A program made the position numbers and the translations under genes. A stretch of DNA of 22,392 nucleotides from Candidatus Iainarchaeum sp. (GTDB lineage Archaea; B1Sed10-29; WALL01), in NCBI GenBank assembly GCA_016939415.1, contig JAFGGZ010000023.1, forward strand, positions 1-22,392, in the 5' to 3' direction. Under the pieces are notes generated by a model. The model searched no databases and was not told where the DNA came from. It saw only the letters and a program-made list of their open reading frames with translations. Positions 1 through 8,530 of this stretch are shown piece after piece (positions within the stretch are counted from its first letter, which is position 1; every line of letters begins with the position of its first letter).

Positions 1-78
1 ATCCCATGGATCTCAGCACGCCGAATTCTTTCATGCGTTCCATCACTGACATGAGCATGGTGTTGATGATGCCGACGC
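1..78. repeat. 78-nt perfect direct repeat (copy 1) shared with 1141..1218 in the paralogous FtsX gene
   Basis: Positions 1..78 are identical base for base to 1141..1218. The repeat spacing is 1140 nt, which equals the gene length. Both copies encode the conserved ...MLMSVMERMKEFGVLRSMGW segment. Confidence 0.9.
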
Positions 79-880
79 TGGCCACGGCTGTTGCGACGAG
101 CGAGATGGCCCACATGAATATGTTTATGTTCTCCAGGAGTCCGAGGGCCTGCGCCGCGTACTCCGAAGTCGATTGCGCATCGACGTCGTCTAACTTGATT
201 TCTATGAGCTTGGCTATCTGCTGGTCTTTCGATGGGTCTTCGAGTTCAACGTAAAACCCGCGCACTTTTCCAGCTTCGAGGTTCCCGAAGTCCCTGCCGA
301 TGTCGAGTGTGACGAATATCTGCCTTTCTGTCTGTTCTGACTCGCTTGAGTAAATGCCGACTACGTCGAATTTCTCGTCGTTCATCTCCATTTTCGAGCC
401 GATGGTTTTGTGGAAGTCTTCCGCAATGCTCTTGCCTATCACCACCGCGTTCCTGTCGTTTGGCTTCAGGTACCTGCCTTTGTAAAGGTCTGCGCTGATG
501 GGTAATGGTCCTTTCACTGTGCGGGCTTCTTTTGCAGGGTCGAAGGCGATGACGGGACCTGTGGCGAGTTCGTAGTACCCCTTGCCTTCAACAGACTTCG
601 GGAAGAACGCGATCCTCGGGCATGCCACGCGCACGCCCGCTATCCCTTCTATGTCGTCTGCGTACTCTTCCGGGAGTTCCGAGAAGACGGGCATGCTGAT
701 GTCCTTCTCGGTGATCGAGAGGCCCTTCATCTTCGAGACAGTGTCCTCCACAATGCCTTTGACGCCGGTGGTTATCGACACGAGCGAGATGATGGTGATC
801 ACTCCCAGCACCAGCCCCAGCATTGCCAGCGCTGTCCTTGACTTGTTGCGCAGCAGGTTCTTGGAGGCGATGCCCAGCAT
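1..880 (-). CDS. ABC transporter permease, FtsX/MacB-like family (paralog 2; 3' part of gene runs off the window start)
   Basis: The minus-strand frame is open from the ATG at 880..878 to the window edge, so it is absent from the ORF track (no stop in window). The translation (MLGIASKNLLRNKSRTALAMLGLVLGVITIISLVSITTGVKG...NTMLMSVMERMKEFGVLRSMG) has the same layout as the adjacent 380-aa permease: an N-terminal TM helix, a large extracytoplasmic loop, and an FtsX C-terminal bundle. Its start abuts the stop of the upstream paralog at 881..883. Confidence 0.8.
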   Translation of the reverse strand, partial: MLGIASKNLLRNKSRTALAMLGLVLGVITIISLVSITTGVKGIVEDTVSKMKGLSITEKDISMPVFSELPEEYADDIEGIAGVRVACPRIAFFPKSVEGKGYYELATGPVIAFDPAKEARTVKGPLPISADLYKGRYLKPNDRNAVVIGKSIAEDFHKTIGSKMEMNDEKFDVVGIYSSESEQTERQIFVTLDIGRDFGNLEAGKVRGFYVELEDPSKDQQIAKLIEIKLDDVDAQSTSEYAAQALGLLENINIFMWAISLVATAVASVGIINTMLMSVMERMKEFGVLRSMG

Positions 881-2023
881 TCACTCACCCCCCCGCATGG
901 CTTGTATAGGATCTAGCTTGCTGGCCTTCCACGCAGGGTACGTGCCCCCGAACACGCCCAGGATCAACGAGAAGATGAGGGCTGCTATCAGGAGTTCGTT
1001 GCTGGCCACGAGTGGGAAGGGCATGACGAGGTTTATCGCGCTGATGAGGCTGAGCCCGCCTACGCAACCGATGATGCCGCCGGAGACGCCGAGCAGCACT
1101 GACTCGGTTATGACGAGCCTGAGCACGTCGTCGCTTGTCCATCCCATGGATCTCAGCACGCCGAATTCTTTCATGCGTTCCATCACTGACATGAGCATGG
1201 TGTTGATGATGCCGACGCCGCCGATTAGTATGGCGATGACTGACACGACGTAGAAGAACAAGTCTATCGTAGCGGTCATTTCAGAGAACTCGTCCAGGGT
1301 CTCACTTGCCGTGTATGCGTCGACGTCTTCTATCTGGAACTCTATGTGTTTCGCGACCTGGTTCTCATCCTGTCCTGGCCGCACCATCACCATGAAGTCG
1401 GATACCTTGCCTGCCGGGAAGTCGCTTGCATCCCGGACGACGTCCATGGTAGTTATTATAGCGCTTCCCATCAAGTCGCTTTCGCCGAGTATGCCAACCA
1501 CTTTGAGTTTCTCTCCCTCAACCTCTATTGTCGAGCCAAGGCTCTTCTTGTAAGCGTCTGCGATAACCTGTCCTATGATGGCGGCTTTCTTGTCGACTGT
1601 CGTTATCCCGCGGCCCTTAGCCACGTCCACGCCGAAGAAGCCTCCTTCCCTCAGCATTTCTTTGGCAGGGTCGATCCCCAGCAAGTACGCGAATCCGTAG
1701 TACGTGGCTTCTGGTTTCGGGCTCTCGCCCTCGATTTCAGAGACGATCCCCCATATTTCAGGGATTGCCGCGCGCACTCCTTCGACTCTCTCCATCTCCC
1801 TGCCGTAATCCTCGTCCAGGTACGAGAGGGTCTGGTCAACAGAGTCTTTCTCCATGATCATTATGCCGTTCATCTGTGATGCGATATCCTCGACGTACGC
1901 TTTGAGGCCCGCGGTCATCGACACGAGTAGTATGATTGCCACTACTCCTATGATAAGTCCCGAGACTGCGAGCCCGCTTCGCGTCTTTTTCTGCCAGAGG
2001 TTCCTGGCAGCGACATTGAACAA
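881..2023 (-). CDS. ABC transporter permease, FtsX/MacB-like family (paralog 1)
   Basis: 380-aa ORF. It has an N-terminal TM helix (LAVSGLIIGVVAIILLV), a long extracytoplasmic domain, and C-terminal FtsX-type helices with the conserved MERMKEFGVLRSMGW segment. This is the typical DUF214/FtsX topology. Confidence 0.85.
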   Translation of the reverse strand: MFNVAARNLWQKKTRSGLAVSGLIIGVVAIILLVSMTAGLKAYVEDIASQMNGIMIMEKDSVDQTLSYLDEDYGREMERVEGVRAAIPEIWGIVSEIEGESPKPEATYYGFAYLLGIDPAKEMLREGGFFGVDVAKGRGITTVDKKAAIIGQVIADAYKKSLGSTIEVEGEKLKVVGILGESDLMGSAIITTMDVVRDASDFPAGKVSDFMVMVRPGQDENQVAKHIEFQIEDVDAYTASETLDEFSEMTATIDLFFYVVSVIAILIGGVGIINTMLMSVMERMKEFGVLRSMGWTSDDVLRLVITESVLLGVSGGIIGCVGGLSLISAINLVMPFPLVASNELLIAALIFSLILGVFGGTYPAWKASKLDPIQAMRGGE

Positions 2024-2033
2024 AGCTCAGCAC

Positions 2034-3542
2034 CTACTTGACGAGTTTCTTTATCTGCTCTTCTCTCTTCTTCTTCCTGTAATACAGGTAGGCTGCTGCG
2101 CCGCCGAGCGCCAGCACCAGTATTATGGGCAGCGGGTTGAACGGCATCGCTTCGATTACGTACTGGACTTCCACGCTGTTCGTGAACTCCTTGCCGTACT
2201 CATCCTCGAAGGTTATGAGCGCGGTAGCGACTTTCTTGCCTGCAACGTTGTCCTTTATGTCGAACAAGGCGGTTCCTGTGTCGTCTATCTCGATCGTTCC
2301 TATGTACGTCGTGGTTATGCCTTCTGCAGTGCCGTCCTTCAGCGTGGCTTTCACAGACTTCGCGTTTCCAGTGCCTATGTTTTCCAGCTGTACTGAGAGC
2401 GAGAACGGCGTGCCCGCGTATATGAGCTCTTTGTCTGACTGCACGCCGGCGAGCTGGAGTTTTGGCACGCCGCGCACTTCGAAGGAGATCGTCTGCTGTT
2501 GGGAGACGTCTTCCGAGTTCATGGAGAGTGTCAGTGAGTAGACGCCCACTTCAACACTCTTGTCCAGCTTTACGTTGTAATCAGCTTCCACGCTCTCTTC
2601 GGGATTGAGCCTGTCCACGAACACTGAGCTGTCACTCACGACTGCAATGCCCTCTGTTGCAGATGACAGTGTTGACGCAATGGCCATCAGTACTGCGCCG
2701 CCCTTGTTCGTAAGACTTATCCTCAATGGCACTAGCTCTCCTGGCAGCACTGTTGGTGGGAATTCGATGCTCGTCACGTCGAGCGCAGGCGATCCTGCAA
2801 TCGTGGCGAGGAAGGTCTGTGACAGCGAGTTGTTGCCGTAGTAAGCGACCAGCGATATCGTGTAGTCCTTTGCGCTCGCGTACTTGGCTGCTTTCACGCG
2901 GAACTCCGCATCCGCTGTTTCTCCTGGCAGGATGTCACCAAGCCGCTTCTCTGACGGCACGATCTCGATGCTGCTCGCGTTCGATGGGGTGAGCACGACG
3001 CGCACGTCGTCTGCCAGAAGGTCGCCCGTGTTCTCGAAGGTTACCCTGCAGTCTGCTGTCTGTCCTGGCAGCATTTCCGGCATGTCGATCTCCTTCACTT
3101 CCAGTCGTTGCGTGTGCGAGACGCTGAATGCCACCGTCCTTATGGCACGCAGCTTGTTGCCGTCGTAGTCCACCATGTCTATTACGTGCGTAATCAGGTA
3201 CTCCCCGGGCTCTGCGTCGTCGTCAATGTCAAATGTGTAGAACACGGTGGCTCGCTCCGAGGGATCTATGCGCGTTATGCTGTCCGTGGTCTTCACTCCC
3301 TTGAACGGTCCTGTGACGAGCAGCTGCGTGGATAGGTTGTGCAGCGATTCTGTGTGCCGGTTTATGAGGCTCATCTCGACTTTCACGCCCTTGTCACCGA
3401 ATTGGAGTGATGAGGGGTATGTGGTCGGCCGGTACGGCACTTCTATCTGGTCGAAGTACTGCACCTCGCTGGCTGTCACTGCGTGCGGCTCTGCTGCCAT
3501 GGCCGCAGCGATCACTAGAATCAATAGCACTATCTTTTTCAT
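2034..3542 (-). CDS. Secreted/cell-surface protein with repeated CARDB-like beta domains (COG1361-type), N-terminal signal peptide and C-terminal TM anchor
   Basis: 502-aa ORF. The N-terminus MKKIVLLILVIAAAMAA resembles a signal peptide. There are repeated LPGE/QTAD...N.G motifs typical of CARDB domains. The C-terminus has a hydrophobic helix followed by KKKREEQIKK. The gene sits upstream of two FtsX permeases, the usual archaeal COG1361-ABC arrangement. Confidence 0.6.
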   Translation of the reverse strand: MKKIVLLILVIAAAMAAEPHAVTASEVQYFDQIEVPYRPTTYPSSLQFGDKGVKVEMSLINRHTESLHNLSTQLLVTGPFKGVKTTDSITRIDPSERATVFYTFDIDDDAEPGEYLITHVIDMVDYDGNKLRAIRTVAFSVSHTQRLEVKEIDMPEMLPGQTADCRVTFENTGDLLADDVRVVLTPSNASSIEIVPSEKRLGDILPGETADAEFRVKAAKYASAKDYTISLVAYYGNNSLSQTFLATIAGSPALDVTSIEFPPTVLPGELVPLRISLTNKGGAVLMAIASTLSSATEGIAVVSDSSVFVDRLNPEESVEADYNVKLDKSVEVGVYSLTLSMNSEDVSQQQTISFEVRGVPKLQLAGVQSDKELIYAGTPFSLSVQLENIGTGNAKSVKATLKDGTAEGITTTYIGTIEIDDTGTALFDIKDNVAGKKVATALITFEDEYGKEFTNSVEVQYVIEAMPFNPLPIILVLALGGAAAYLYYRKKKREEQIKKLVK

Positions 3543-3693
3543 GGTTATCGCCCTTAATTACTCACTTCTCAAATATATTGTGTTTGGTTTCATACGCCTG
3601 CCCCACACTATGCCCCTTTGCAGTGCATACGGAAGAGATATACTTAATGCTTCTGCCGCATGCCTTTTATACCTCCCTGCCTTTACTCCATCT
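3543..3693. promoter_or_regulatory. Divergent AT-rich promoter region (surface-protein gene leftwards, pcm rightwards)
   Basis: An archaeal TATA-like TTTTATA at 3665..3671 lies about 23 nt before the pcm ATG, consistent with a leaderless transcript. AAATATAT at 3572..3579 lies about 30 nt upstream of the minus-strand ATG at 3542. Confidence 0.5.
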
Positions 3694-4315
3694 GATGAAT
3701 TCCAATGACGGGCTCATCGATTACCTTGTCGGCCAAGGCGTTTTGTACGACTCTGCTGTCGAGGCGGCGATGCGTGCGGTTGACAGGGCGCAGTTCGTTC
3801 CCAGGCCTTACCGGGCTGCGGCATACTCTGACCAGCCCCTGCCTCTGGGTTTCGGCCAGACCATAAGCGCGCCCCACATGGTGGCCATCATGACCCAGCA
3901 TCTTTCTGTGCAGGAGGGCATGAACGTCTTGGAGATAGGTTCTGGCAGCGGTTACCAGGCGGCTGTGCTCGCGCAGCTGGTTGGGCCGTCCGGCGTGGTG
4001 CACACGATCGAGCGCATCCCTGAGTTGGCTGCATCCGCGCGCAAGGCGCTTTCCTCGTACAAGAACGTTGGCGTGGTGGTCGGTTCTGCCATGCGCGGCC
4101 TTAAGGAGCACGCGCCATACGACAGGATGCTTGTTGCCTGCGCTGCCCATCGCGTACCCGAGGCTTTGAAGCAGCAGTTGGCTGAGGGTGGGAGGACGGT
4201 CATTCCCATATCACGTGGCGCTGTCCAGGAGCTTACGTTGGTGGAGAAGCTTGCTGGCACGCTGAAGAGCATTGACCTTAACTGTTCGTGCCTGTTCGTC
4301 CCCCTGATGCCTTAG
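3694..4315 (+). CDS. pcm: Protein-L-isoaspartate O-methyltransferase
   Basis: Translation from the internal ATG at 3694 (MNSNDGLIDYLV...) gives about 207 aa. It carries the PIMT signature (QTISAPHMVAIM) and the SAM-binding motif VLEIGSGSGYQAAVLAQL. The 302-aa track ORF is an upstream over-extension into the promoter region. Confidence 0.9.
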
Positions 4316-5100
4316 CGCTTGTTCTTGTTGCCTTCGAGCGCTCCCAGTGTCTCGACCGGCAGGATGAAGTTGACAGTGTTGCTTTGGTCGGACGCGACGT
4401 CGCCGAGCGTGTCCATGGTCCTCAAGTGCATTGCGCCTGGCGCGGCGGAGAGCATGTTTGCTGCCTTGCTGAGGTTGTCTGCTGCGAGGGCTTCTCCTTC
4501 TGCTTTGATGATCGTGGCTCGTTTTTCTCTTTCTGCTTCTGCTTGTCTTGCCATGATCCTCTTGAGGTCTGCCGGCAGCTCTATGTCCTGCAGTTCTAGC
4601 GCAACGACGTCAAGGCCCCATGGGTCCGTGGCGATGTCGACTATTTCTCTTAGCTTGTTGGCGATTTGTTCTCTGTTGGATAGGAGTTCGTCGAGTGTGG
4701 CTTCGCCTGACACGTTCCTGAGGCTGGTCTGGCCGTACTTGGAGATCGCGTAGTTGTAGTCGGTTATGTTGAGCACCGCCTTCTTCGGGTCGATTACCTT
4801 GAAGTACACGACGGCGTCTATCCTCGCGGGTATGTTGTCTTTGGTTATGACCTCTTGGGCTGGGATGTCGATGGTCTTGACGCGCGTGTCCACTCTCCTC
4901 CAGCTCTGGATGAATGGGATGACGTAGTTGAGTCCCGGATCCATGACGCCCGAGCACCTGCCTAGCGTGAACTTAATGCCCCGCTGGTACTCCATGACGA
5001 TCTTGATGCCGCCGATGAACGCGACCAAGAGCGTTATGCCCAAGAACGGCGTGGCCATCAAGAACAATCCGATGATAAGCGCGAGCAATTCGTATGCCAT
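4312..5100 (-). CDS. SPFH/band-7 (stomatin/prohibitin-like) membrane protein
   Basis: 262 aa. It has an N-terminal TM helix, an SPFH core (KTIDIPAQEVITKDNIPARIDAVVYFKV) and a C-terminal coiled coil (MARQAEAEREKRATIIKAEGEA). Confidence 0.9.
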   Translation of the reverse strand: MAYELLALIIGLFLMATPFLGITLLVAFIGGIKIVMEYQRGIKFTLGRCSGVMDPGLNYVIPFIQSWRRVDTRVKTIDIPAQEVITKDNIPARIDAVVYFKVIDPKKAVLNITDYNYAISKYGQTSLRNVSGEATLDELLSNREQIANKLREIVDIATDPWGLDVVALELQDIELPADLKRIMARQAEAEREKRATIIKAEGEALAADNLSKAANMLSAAPGAMHLRTMDTLGDVASDQSNTVNFILPVETLGALEGNKNKR

Positions 5101-5143
5101 TCAACTACACCCCGACAGGACTACTGCCTTGTTGTTAATAACG

Positions 5144-7471
5144 TTAATCCTCTCCTTCGCTCACGACCTCGGCACTGGTGGCTCCGTCCACTGACTTGTC
5201 CCTGTGCAAGCGGTACAGCCTGCCGCTAACTGCCTGTTCCATACCCTCGTCGTGGGTGATGATGAATGTCTGGTCGACGAGTTCCGGCAGGTGCTCGCGC
5301 AGGGCCGTGGCGAGCATGCCCACGCCTTCCTGGTCGAGGTTGTGCGTGGGCTCGTCGAGCACGAGCCAGCTGAGGTTCTGAGTGAGCACCAGCGCGAAGG
5401 CTATGCGCAGCACGAGGCATGCAGTGCTCCTCTCCCCGCCAGAGACAATGCCCTCGACATTCACCCAGTCTCCGTCCCTGCGCCGCAGTTGCAGGGCATA
5501 GTCCGAGCCTTCGATGCTGAGTCTCAGCGATGAGTAGTCTGCGTATGGATACACCCGCGGCCATATATCCTCGAGGCCGGCGTTTATCGCAGACGTGAAC
5601 TCCTCGCGCAACTCTGCCTGCGTTGACTCGAGCGCTGCCCGGAACGCGTTCAGGTTCCGGATGTTGCGGTCGAGCAGCTTCGCTTCCCCTTCGAGCTCAA
5701 TGACCCTGTGCGCATGCTGGCGTGCCTCTTCCAAAGACTTCGCTTTCTCGTTCAGCAGCGCTTCCTTCCCCTCAAGTTTGGCTGCGAGTTCTCGCGTTCT
5801 GGATGCGGCCTCCTCCTTCTGCGCCTGTTTTTCTTTCAGCTCTTCTTCATCCAGGCCGATCGCTTCCGATTCTTTCTTGATGGACTCAGATTCTGCCGCC
5901 GCCATCGCCAGCTGTTTGCCGAGTTCCGCGTGCTCTTCCTGCTTCTCTTTTATCCTCTCGATTTTCCTGAGGTGCTCCTGCGCTCGCTGGAGGGATTTCT
6001 CCGCGTCCGAGTATTCCTCCGAGAGCTTCCCGGAAGTCTTTTCCAGAGCCTCCTCCTCACTCCTTGCTTCCCTCATGCTGTCCTCGGAGAACCGTTCCGT
6101 CGCTTCCAGGAGGTTTTTCTCGCGCTCTTTGAGCACGCTTTGCCTGACAGCGGATTCTTCCAGTTTCTTGAGCTGCAGTTCCTGCCGCTCCACGCTCATC
6201 TGCTGCAGTGCGGCTCTCGCATTTTTCAGGGCCAGGCTCGCGCGTTCTTCGAGCTCTTCTTGCGTGTGCTTGTCGAGCGGTGAGTCGCACACAGGGCACT
6301 TGCCTTCTGCGACCGCAAGCCCGCGCAGCCGTTCCTCCTCTGCGTCCGCAATCGCCTTGGTCCTCGCTGTTTCTGAATCAATCCGCTCGGCTTTTGCCCG
6401 TGCTTCTGCAATGGCTTCTGCTGCCCCAGCCAATCCTCGGAGCTCTTCCCTGATTCCCGACAGGTCCTTGCGCACCTTGTCCGCTTCTTCCCGCAGGTTC
6501 TTGTGCTTTGTCCGGGTTTCTGTTAGCGCGTCCCGGGCTTTCTCGAGTGATGCTTTCTTTTCCTTTATCGTTTCTTCGGCGCGTTTCTCGTTCTCCTCTG
6601 CTTTCCCGAGCTCTTCGGACAGGTCTGCTTTGATGATGCTGCCGAGCTTGTCCTCTATGTCTTTCTTCGTCTTCTCCATGGCCTGCGCGCGGCCTTGCAG
6701 GGTCTGGAGCCGGGATTTCAGGGTGTTGAGCTGCTTTGACTTCTCTTCGAGGCTCTTCACCTCTTTTTGGAGGGCGGCGCTCCTGCTTCCCTGTTCTGTG
6801 AGTTGTTTCCCTATCAGCGCCTTTTCCGACTCAAGCTCTTTCAGTTCCTGTTCGATGCGCGCGGCATCCGGCATCCTCTTCTTGAGGGCGTCTGCGTCGT
6901 CGCTGGCCAGCTTCTTTCTGTCTGTGAGCCGGTTCGCCAGCGTGGTCGCGTTCTTTCGGGCTTCCTCGAAACGGTCTATCCTCAGGAGTTCATCTATCCT
7001 CCGTTTCCTCTGTCCTGACGGGATCTGCAGGAAGTAATCCATCTGGTTCTGCTCGCTGTACACTGCCCTGGAGAAGAGCTCGTAGTCGATGCGGAGCGCG
7101 CTGCGCACGAGTTCTGTTGAGCGCTGCCCCTGCGTTTCCAGCAGCTGGCCGTTCTTGCGCAGCTCTGCCTTGGAAGTGCCTTTACCTAACCGTATCTCCC
7201 GCCGTATCTCATATTCATCCCCGTTCACCGAGAACCCGAGTTCTATGCTCGCGTCCTGCTTCTGCTCAGGCTTGTTCTTGATGCAGTCGTCGAGCTTCAG
7301 CTTCTTGCCCTGAAGTGCTGGGAACGTGCCGAAGAGCGCGAAGCTGATTGCGTCCATGATGCTTGTCTTGCCTGCGCCCATGACGCCTACGATGACGTTC
7401 GTTCCTTTCGCAAACTCGAATTCAGAGTCCTCATGGCTCTTCCAGTTCTCAAGCCGTATGCGTTTTATCAT
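5144..7471 (-). CDS. rad50: Rad50/SbcC-family SMC-like ATPase with CxxC zinc hook
   Basis: 775 aa. Walker A is at the N-terminus (GVMGAGKTSIMDAI) and the Q-loop is SEQ. A long Glu/Lys/Arg/Ala coiled coil is interrupted by the hook CPVCDSPL. The C-terminus has the signature VSGGERS, Walker B LVLDEPTHNLD and H-loop ITHDE. Confidence 0.85.
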   Translation of the reverse strand: MIKRIRLENWKSHEDSEFEFAKGTNVIVGVMGAGKTSIMDAISFALFGTFPALQGKKLKLDDCIKNKPEQKQDASIELGFSVNGDEYEIRREIRLGKGTSKAELRKNGQLLETQGQRSTELVRSALRIDYELFSRAVYSEQNQMDYFLQIPSGQRKRRIDELLRIDRFEEARKNATTLANRLTDRKKLASDDADALKKRMPDAARIEQELKELESEKALIGKQLTEQGSRSAALQKEVKSLEEKSKQLNTLKSRLQTLQGRAQAMEKTKKDIEDKLGSIIKADLSEELGKAEENEKRAEETIKEKKASLEKARDALTETRTKHKNLREEADKVRKDLSGIREELRGLAGAAEAIAEARAKAERIDSETARTKAIADAEEERLRGLAVAEGKCPVCDSPLDKHTQEELEERASLALKNARAALQQMSVERQELQLKKLEESAVRQSVLKEREKNLLEATERFSEDSMREARSEEEALEKTSGKLSEEYSDAEKSLQRAQEHLRKIERIKEKQEEHAELGKQLAMAAAESESIKKESEAIGLDEEELKEKQAQKEEAASRTRELAAKLEGKEALLNEKAKSLEEARQHAHRVIELEGEAKLLDRNIRNLNAFRAALESTQAELREEFTSAINAGLEDIWPRVYPYADYSSLRLSIEGSDYALQLRRRDGDWVNVEGIVSGGERSTACLVLRIAFALVLTQNLSWLVLDEPTHNLDQEGVGMLATALREHLPELVDQTFIITHDEGMEQAVSGRLYRLHRDKSVDGATSAEVVSEGED

Positions 7472-7526
7472 CGGGTGTGTTTATGGCCCGCGGTCATTAA
7501 ATTGTTTTCCTAACAAAATTACTGTC

Positions 7527-7943
7527 ATGCGCTTCATTTGCGATGCCATGCTGGGCCGCCTGGCGCGGTGGCTCCGCATATTCGGCTATGATGCGGAGCT
7601 GGCTTCTGGTGAGGAGGCTGATGAAGAGCTCGTGAAGAGAGCAGGTATGGAAGGCAGGGTCTTGCTGACCCTCGACAAGCGCCTTGCTGCTAATGGCGCG
7701 GTGCTCTTGCCGTCCCGCCGCGCTAGCGAGCAGGTGGCTTTCCTCGTGAAAGAATTCGGTATCAGTGTTTCAGAGGAGCCTGTGCCGCGGTTCTGTTCCG
7801 TGTGCAACGGCCGCCTGAGGAAGGCGAGGGAACTGCCTAAGTTTGTGGAGGCGGCGTGGGAGTGCGTTGACTGCGGCCAGAAGTACTGGCATGGTTCGCA
7901 CTGGCGGGGCATAAAGCGTTTCGTGCGCGAAGTCTTTTCTTAG
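7527..7943 (+). CDS. Mut7-C RNase-domain (DUF82/PF01927) protein with C-terminal zinc ribbon
   Basis: The start MRFICDAMLGRLARWLRIFGYDA is the hallmark DUF82 N-terminus. A CxxC...CxxC ribbon lies near the C-terminus (CSVCNG...CVDCGQ). The 205-aa track ORF is over-extended antisense into rad50; the ATG at 7527 follows a TTAAAT box at about -28. Confidence 0.8.
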   Translation: MRFICDAMLGRLARWLRIFGYDAELASGEEADEELVKRAGMEGRVLLTLDKRLAANGAVLLPSRRASEQVAFLVKEFGISVSEEPVPRFCSVCNGRLRKARELPKFVEAAWECVDCGQKYWHGSHWRGIKRFVREVFS

Positions 7944-8191
7944 AGTCTGGCGAGCCCTTCTATGCTGAGGTCGCCGACTTCGGGGATGGTTCGTATCGTT
8001 TCCTCGATCTTTTCAGTGCCGCCTTCGTCATCACTGACCACGACCGTGATGTTGAGCGACTTGAGGCCGAAAGCGATCGGAACTTCTTCTACTTTGGTGG
8101 TTTGGATTTGCGAGAGCACTTTTTCCTTCATTGCGTCGAAGGCTTCTATCTCTTTCGGGAGTATCTTCATTACCGCGACCACTCGCCCCAT
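7940..8191 (-). CDS. ef1b: Translation elongation factor 1-beta (aEF-1beta)
   Basis: 83 aa starting at MGRVVAVMKILPKEIEAFDAMKEKV...PIAFGLKSL...VVVSDDEGGTEKIEE, a typical archaeal EF-1beta of about 88 aa. The 116-aa track ORF is an artefactual N-terminal extension across the upstream small gene. Confidence 0.85.
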   Translation of the reverse strand: MGRVVAVMKILPKEIEAFDAMKEKVLSQIQTTKVEEVPIAFGLKSLNITVVVSDDEGGTEKIEETIRTIPEVGDLSIEGLARL

Positions 8192-8193
8192 CT

Positions 8194-8346
8194 TCACGGC
8201 CCCCTGAACCCGCATTTCGGGCACACGTAGGCTGCTGAGATGTGCCTGCAGTCCAGACACCTGAACAGTTCCCTGCCGCATTGAGGGCATTTGAATGAGA
8301 TATATTCCTCAGTGTCTTTCTTGCATGAAGTGCACTTTACTGCCAT
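8194..8346 (-). CDS. Small zinc-ribbon protein (COG2888/DUF1610-like, four CxxC), conserved partner of EF-1beta
   Basis: A 50-aa ORF missed by the track because it is under 60 aa: MAVKCTSCKKDTEEYISFKCPQCGRELFRCLDCRHISAAYVCPKCGFRGP. Its TGA stop lies 2 nt before the ef1b ATG. The CxxC x4 pattern and CPKCGF ending match the archaeal translation-associated Zn-ribbon family. Confidence 0.75.
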   Translation of the reverse strand: MAVKCTSCKKDTEEYISFKCPQCGRELFRCLDCRHISAAYVCPKCGFRGP

Positions 8347-8414
8347 TCTGAATCACCGGAAAAACTAGCGATGCTTATTCTACCGCAGGGTGTTTTTAAA
8401 TGTTCCCCCATCGG

Positions 8415-8440
8415 GAGCGGGGTTTAAAAATACTTCCCGC
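8415..8440 (+). promoter_or_regulatory. Archaeal BRE/TATA promoter of tRNA-Arg
   Basis: GAGCGGGG followed by TTTAAAAATA (8423..8432), about 25 nt upstream of tRNA position 1 at 8457. Confidence 0.6.
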
Positions 8441-8456
8441 CAAAAAGAAAAGGCGT

Positions 8457-8530
8457 GCCTCCGTAGTATAGCTTGGATAGAACATTGGCTTGCGGAGCCA
8501 AGGACCCGAGTTCAAATCTCGGCGGAGGCG
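8457..8530 (+). tRNA. tRNA-Arg (anticodon GCG)
   Basis: A 74-nt cloverleaf. The 7-bp acceptor stem is GCCTCCG/CGGAGGC. The anticodon stem TTGGC/GCCAA carries the loop TTGCGGA (anticodon GCG). The T-arm is CCGAG-TTCAAAT-CTCGG with discriminator G. CCA is not encoded. The D-stem has one A-A mismatch. Confidence 0.85.

Noticed and set aside
6-254. 82-aa plus-strand ORF at the window start
   Set aside because: It is antisense to the FtsX permease paralog and overlaps the 78-nt repeat.
3407-3693. Upstream 96 codons of the pcm track ORF
   Set aside because: They run through the AT-rich divergent promoter. PIMT homology and length fit the ATG at 3694.
5595-7037. 480-aa Ser/Ala/Phe-rich ORF on the plus strand
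   Set aside because: It is exactly antisense to the rad50 coiled-coil region, where GAA/GAG/AAG-rich coding reads as TTC/CTC/CTT on the other strand. The low-complexity composition has no start or promoter context.
8192-8290. N-terminal 33 aa of the 116-aa ORF fused to EF-1beta
   Set aside because: The EF-1beta homology starts at the internal MGRVV. The upstream part overlaps the genuine 50-aa Zn-ribbon gene in another frame.
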